The notes beneath the pieces were generated by a model. It was not told the DNA's origin and searched no databases. It worked only from the letters and a program-made list of their open reading frames with translations. DNA of 10,188 bases from Candidatus Eiseniibacteriota bacterium (GTDB lineage Bacteria > Eisenbacteria > RBG-16-71-46 > DASYSL01), in contig JBKJJJ010000047.1 in the NCBI GenBank assembly GCA_046598045.1, positions 1-10,188 of the forward strand, written 5' to 3'. Made by a program: the position numbers and the translations under genes. Of the stretch, positions 7,283-10,188 are shown piece after piece. Positions within the stretch are counted from its first letter, which is position 1, and each line of letters opens with the position of its first letter.

Positions 7283-7888
7283 CTACCGGTAAACCGCCTT
7301 CACCTGGCCCCACGACGACGCGCGCGCCGGCGTCGTGCAGTCCCCGTTCGGCATCTGGCCGCTGAGATCACCCAGGCAGGTGTCCTGCCCGTGCTTGATC
7401 GCGACCGCATCCGGGTAGCTCGAGTATGGGGCCGGCGGGAACGGCGAGTAGAACGTCCACGTGCCCGACCCGAGAACGCCGGGCTCGCACCCGGCATCGG
7501 GCTCGAACTTGACGGCCGGGGCGCGCAGCTCCGCGGGGATCGCCGGGTCGCCCATGCAGTTGTAGATGCCCGTGTAGGTCACCGTGCACCCACCGACGCC
7601 GGTCGACGTCCCCGCCGGGGACGCGAACTTGATCACGCGCGGATCGCACACGCACTCGAGGCTTTCGAGCGCGAGGAAGAAGTCGATGTGCGAGACGCCG
7701 AACCGGGTGACGTCCCAGTTGCCCGTGACTGTGTACTTGTACAGTCCCTCGAAGCCGGGGTCCGAGGAAAGCGAGGCCGTGACGGTCATGTTGACCGTCG
7801 GGCAGTCGACCACGGCAAAGGCCTTCGGGGTGATGGTCGACGACATCAGCAGGGCGGACAGGGTGAACAATGGGACCCAACGCGACAT
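7283..7888 (-). CDS. Secreted Cys-rich hypothetical protein (paralogue 2) ending in SSWGQVKAVYR
   Basis: ATG 7888 follows AGGAGG; 201 aa. Signal peptide MSRWVPLFTLSALLMSSTITPKAFA. Eight Cys in the mature part. Aligns over its full length with 7937-8575. Confidence 0.88.
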   Translation of the reverse strand: MSRWVPLFTLSALLMSSTITPKAFAVVDCPTVNMTVTASLSSDPGFEGLYKYTVTGNWDVTRFGVSHIDFFLALESLECVCDPRVIKFASPAGTSTGVGGCTVTYTGIYNCMGDPAIPAELRAPAVKFEPDAGCEPGVLGSGTWTFYSPFPPAPYSSYPDAVAIKHGQDTCLGDLSGQMPNGDCTTPARASSWGQVKAVYR

Positions 7889-7936
7889 GCAGCCTCCTGG
7901 AATGGTTTCCATGGGGCCGGGCGGGGCCGTGATCGT

Positions 7937-8575
7937 CTAGCGGTAGTAGCTCTTGACCTTGCCCCACGTCGTGTTGTCCGCCGGCACGGAACAGTCGCAC
8001 AGCGGCAGGGGGCCGATGATCGGACCGTAGCACGTGTCGTAGCCGTGCTTGATGGCGACCGCGTTGGGCTGGATGTCGCTCGGGCTGGGCGGCAGCGGCG
8101 AATAGAACACGAACGTGCCCGTGCCGGCCTCGTCGGTCGAGCACAGCGTCTCGTCGGGCTCGAACTTGATCGCGGGCCCGGTCGTCGTGTTCTTGATCGA
8201 GGGATCGCCCTTGCATGCGTAGCTGCCGACATAGGGAACCGTGCAGCCTCCGCCCGCGTTGATCCCGGTCGACGTGCCGGCCGGGCTCGGGAACTTGAAC
8301 AGCCGCGGATCGCAGACACACAGGCAGTTGTCGAGCCCGATGATCAAGTCGAGGTGGCTCGGATCGTGCCGACCAACGTCCCACGTGATCGAGATCGTGT
8401 ACTGGTACAGCCCGGCGAAGGGCCCGGAGGCCATGCGCACGACAGTGCTCTGCGCGCTCAGCAGCGGACAGGGCGGGCGGGTGGTCTGGGCCTGGGCGTC
8501 GTGCGTGAACGTCAGCGCGCACGCCAGCACGGCAAGGGTGGTCCAATGCGCCAGAGATCGGCGAGTCTGTGTCAT
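7937..8575 (-). CDS. Secreted Cys-rich hypothetical protein (paralogue 1) ending in TTWGKVKSYYR
   Basis: ATG 8575 with GGAGAG 8 nt upstream; 212 aa. Signal peptide MTQTRRSLAHWTTLAVLACALTFTHDAQA. Ten Cys in the mature part. Shares GLYxYT, WDV, SH, CVCDPR, SPAGTSTG, GGCTV, GDP, KFEPD, FYSPxPP and AVAIKHGxDTC with 7283-7888. Confidence 0.88.
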   Translation of the reverse strand: MTQTRRSLAHWTTLAVLACALTFTHDAQAQTTRPPCPLLSAQSTVVRMASGPFAGLYQYTISITWDVGRHDPSHLDLIIGLDNCLCVCDPRLFKFPSPAGTSTGINAGGGCTVPYVGSYACKGDPSIKNTTTGPAIKFEPDETLCSTDEAGTGTFVFYSPLPPSPSDIQPNAVAIKHGYDTCYGPIIGPLPLCDCSVPADNTTWGKVKSYYR

Positions 8576-8654
8576 CCGGGACGCTCTCCGCGGGGTCGTA
8601 GCTAGGGTGTATGGCGTCCACTTCCGTATGGGGTCAAAATCCTCGAACGCCCCA

Positions 8655-8684
8655 ATTCTAAAGGGCGGGCACCCGAGGTCGCAA
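8655..8684 (-). promoter_or_regulatory. Putative sigma70 promoter for the two Cys-rich paralogues
   Basis: TTGCGA (8684-8679), 18-nt spacer, TAGAAT (8660-8655); about 80 nt upstream of ATG 8575. Confidence 0.55.
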
Positions 8685-8700
8685 CGGAGAACTGGAAGTG

Positions 8701-8733
8701 GCCGGAAATATTCCGGCATTGCGAAACGCAATG
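8701..8733. promoter_or_regulatory. Two abutting 17-bp palindromes, candidate transcription-factor operators
   Basis: GCCGGAA-ata-TTCCGGC (8701-8717) and CATTGCG-aaa-CGCAATG (8717-8733), just upstream of the predicted -35 box. Confidence 0.45.
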
Positions 8734-8849
8734 TCGGCTCGGGCGGGGGCCAACACGATGGCCTCGCGGTCGATGCGACCCGTGAGGGTGGGTAACGAAG
8801 AAACGGTAGCAGCGGCCCGGCGGGGGAACAACCCCACCATTCCCCTACA

Positions 8850-10188
8850 TCAGGGCTCGAGCAGCGACCGCAGCTTGAGGTCGCGGAGAGTCTCCGCGTC
8901 GACCGGCGAGGGCGAGCCGTCCATCGGACTCGCGGCCGAGGTGGTCTTCGGGAACGCGATCGTGTCGCGGATCGAGGTGCGGTCGGCCATCAACATGACG
9001 ATGCGGTCGAGCCCCATGCCGATGCCGCCGTGCGGCGGCGCGCCATAGCGGAACGACTCGAGCATGAAGCCGAACTTCTCCTCGGCCTTCTCCCGGGTCA
9101 GGCCGATGCGCCGGAACACGCGCTCCTGCACGTCGGCGCGGTGCATGCGCACGCCGCCCGAGCCCAGCTCGTTGCCGTTGAGCACGACGTCGTAGAGCTG
9201 CCCGAGCACGCGCCCGGGGTCGCTCTCGATCAGGCCCAGGTCGGCCTCGCGCGGGTAGACGAACGGGTTGTGGCGCGGCGTCCAGCCGCCCTGGCCGTCC
9301 TCCTCGAACAGCGGGAAGTCGCGCACCCACAGGAAGCACCATTCCTTCGCGCGGCCATTGGCCTCGAGCGCCCCGCGGCCGAGCTCGAGCCGCACTGCGC
9401 CGAGCGCCTTGCACGCCGCCTCCCACGGACCGGCGACCATCAGCACCAGGTCGCCCTCCTGCGCCGAGGTCAGGCGCGCCAGCTCCTGCCCCGCACCCGC
9501 GGCGTCGCCGGTGAAGAACTTCGCCGAGGCGCCTTCGAAGCCGTCGGCCGTGCGCTTGAGCCACGCGAGGCCCTTCGCGCCCGCGCGCTTGGCGAGGTCC
9601 TCGAGCGCGTCGATCTCCTTGCGCGAGAGCGCGGCGCGGCCGGGCGCAGCGAGCCCGATCACGCGCTCGCCGCGCGCGATCGCCTCGCGCAGGAACGCGG
9701 CGCCCGAGACCTCGGCCGCGGCGCTGACGTCGGTCAGCTCGAGGCCGAAACGCAGGTCGGGCTTGTCCGAGCCGAAGCGCCCCATCGCCTCGGCGAACGT
9801 CAGGCGCGGGAACGGCAGCGGCAGCGTGACCCCGAGGCAGGTCTTCCACAGGTGCGCGTACAGGCCCTCGACCACGTCGAACACGTCCTCCTCGCGCACG
9901 AACGACATCTCGATGTCGATCTGCGTGTGCTCGGGCTGGCGATCGGCGCGCAGGTCCTCGTCGCGCAGACACCGCGCCAGTTGGAAGTAGCGGTCCATCC
10001 CCGCGATCATGAGCGTCTGCTTGTAGAGCTGCGGGCTCTGCGGAAGCGCGTAGAACTTGCCGTTGTGCACCCGGCTCGGCACGACATAGTCGCGCGCGCC
10101 CTCGGGCGTCTGCTTCACGAGCAGCGGCGTCTCGATCTCGAGGAAGCTCTGGCTCGAGAGGAACTTGCGCGCGGTCATGGCGGCGTTG
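8850..10188 (-). CDS. aspS: Aspartate--tRNA ligase, 3' portion (5' end outside the window)
   Basis: EIETPLL..TPEGARDYVVPSR, FYALPQSPQLYKQ, RCLRDEDLRADRQPEHTQIDIEMSF, FGSDKPDLRFG, GAD insertion domain, YDVVLNGNELG, YGAPPHGGIGMGLDR, IAFPKT. The frame stays open to the window edge, so ATG 10178 is internal. Confidence 0.98.
   Translation of the reverse strand, partial: NAAMTARKFLSSQSFLEIETPLLVKQTPEGARDYVVPSRVHNGKFYALPQSPQLYKQTLMIAGMDRYFQLARCLRDEDLRADRQPEHTQIDIEMSFVREEDVFDVVEGLYAHLWKTCLGVTLPLPFPRLTFAEAMGRFGSDKPDLRFGLELTDVSAAAEVSGAAFLREAIARGERVIGLAAPGRAALSRKEIDALEDLAKRAGAKGLAWLKRTADGFEGASAKFFTGDAAGAGQELARLTSAQEGDLVLMVAGPWEAACKALGAVRLELGRGALEANGRAKEWCFLWVRDFPLFEEDGQGGWTPRHNPFVYPREADLGLIESDPGRVLGQLYDVVLNGNELGSGGVRMHRADVQERVFRRIGLTREKAEEKFGFMLESFRYGAPPHGGIGMGLDRIVMLMADRTSIRDTIAFPKTTSAASPMDGSPSPVDAETLRDLKLRSLLEP

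Noticed and set aside
7131..7939. All three tagged genes end in TAG (possible readthrough or pyrrolysine)
   Set aside because: phoH and the HD gene also end in TAG, and the sequences after the three stops share no similarity.
7098..7972. The three TGGGGC...AAG...TAC-CGN-TAG segments as a DNA repeat, recombination site or DGR-type target
   Set aside because: The differences fall at synonymous or variable-residue positions, and no reverse transcriptase, recombinase or template repeat is present. Protein-level conservation explains them better.
8576..8731. N-terminal extension of the 264-aa ORF (and the 8-aa extension of the 209-aa ORF at 7889-7912)
   Set aside because: The extensions cover the predicted promoter and SD sequences. 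The downstream ATGs have SDs and start proper signal peptides.
8600..8849. Possible 6S RNA downstream of aspS, as in Bacillus
   Set aside because: I could not find a long rod with a central bubble. There are only local hairpins (for example 8823-8845) and promoter-like elements. A covariance-model search would settle it.
7277..9990. Other long overlapping ORFs (7277-8605 +, 7368-8621 -, 8845-9972 -, 9268-9990 +)
   Set aside because: Shadow frames of the real genes in GC-rich DNA, with no recognisable motifs.

Overview
GC-rich bacterial window that is mostly minus-strand housekeeping genes. Reading along the minus strand: 3' part of aspS (Asp-tRNA ligase); two tandem Cys-rich secreted paralogues; one convergent plus-strand secreted protein with a PrcB_C-like domain; an ATP-type PEP carboxykinase; a small Fet4-like (low-affinity iron permease family) membrane protein; then phoH, a 7TM-HD phosphohydrolase (PgpH/YqfF-like) and the probable start of ybeY. 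Two signals stand out. (1) All three secreted proteins (6465-8575), which belong to two unrelated families, end in the same short motif, [TS][TS]-W-G-x-V-K-[SA]-x-Y-R-stop. It has no transmembrane helix and looks like an uncharacterised C-terminal sorting, export or anchoring signal. (2) A ~225-nt leader lies between a near-consensus sigma70 promoter and phoH. It has mutually exclusive helices, a GC stem followed by a U-tract, and a 52-aa uORF whose stop codon overlaps the phoH ribosome-binding site, so it is a candidate riboswitch, attenuator or small RNA. No rRNA, tRNA, CRISPR array or mobile element was seen. Family assignments come from motif recognition only; no searches were run.
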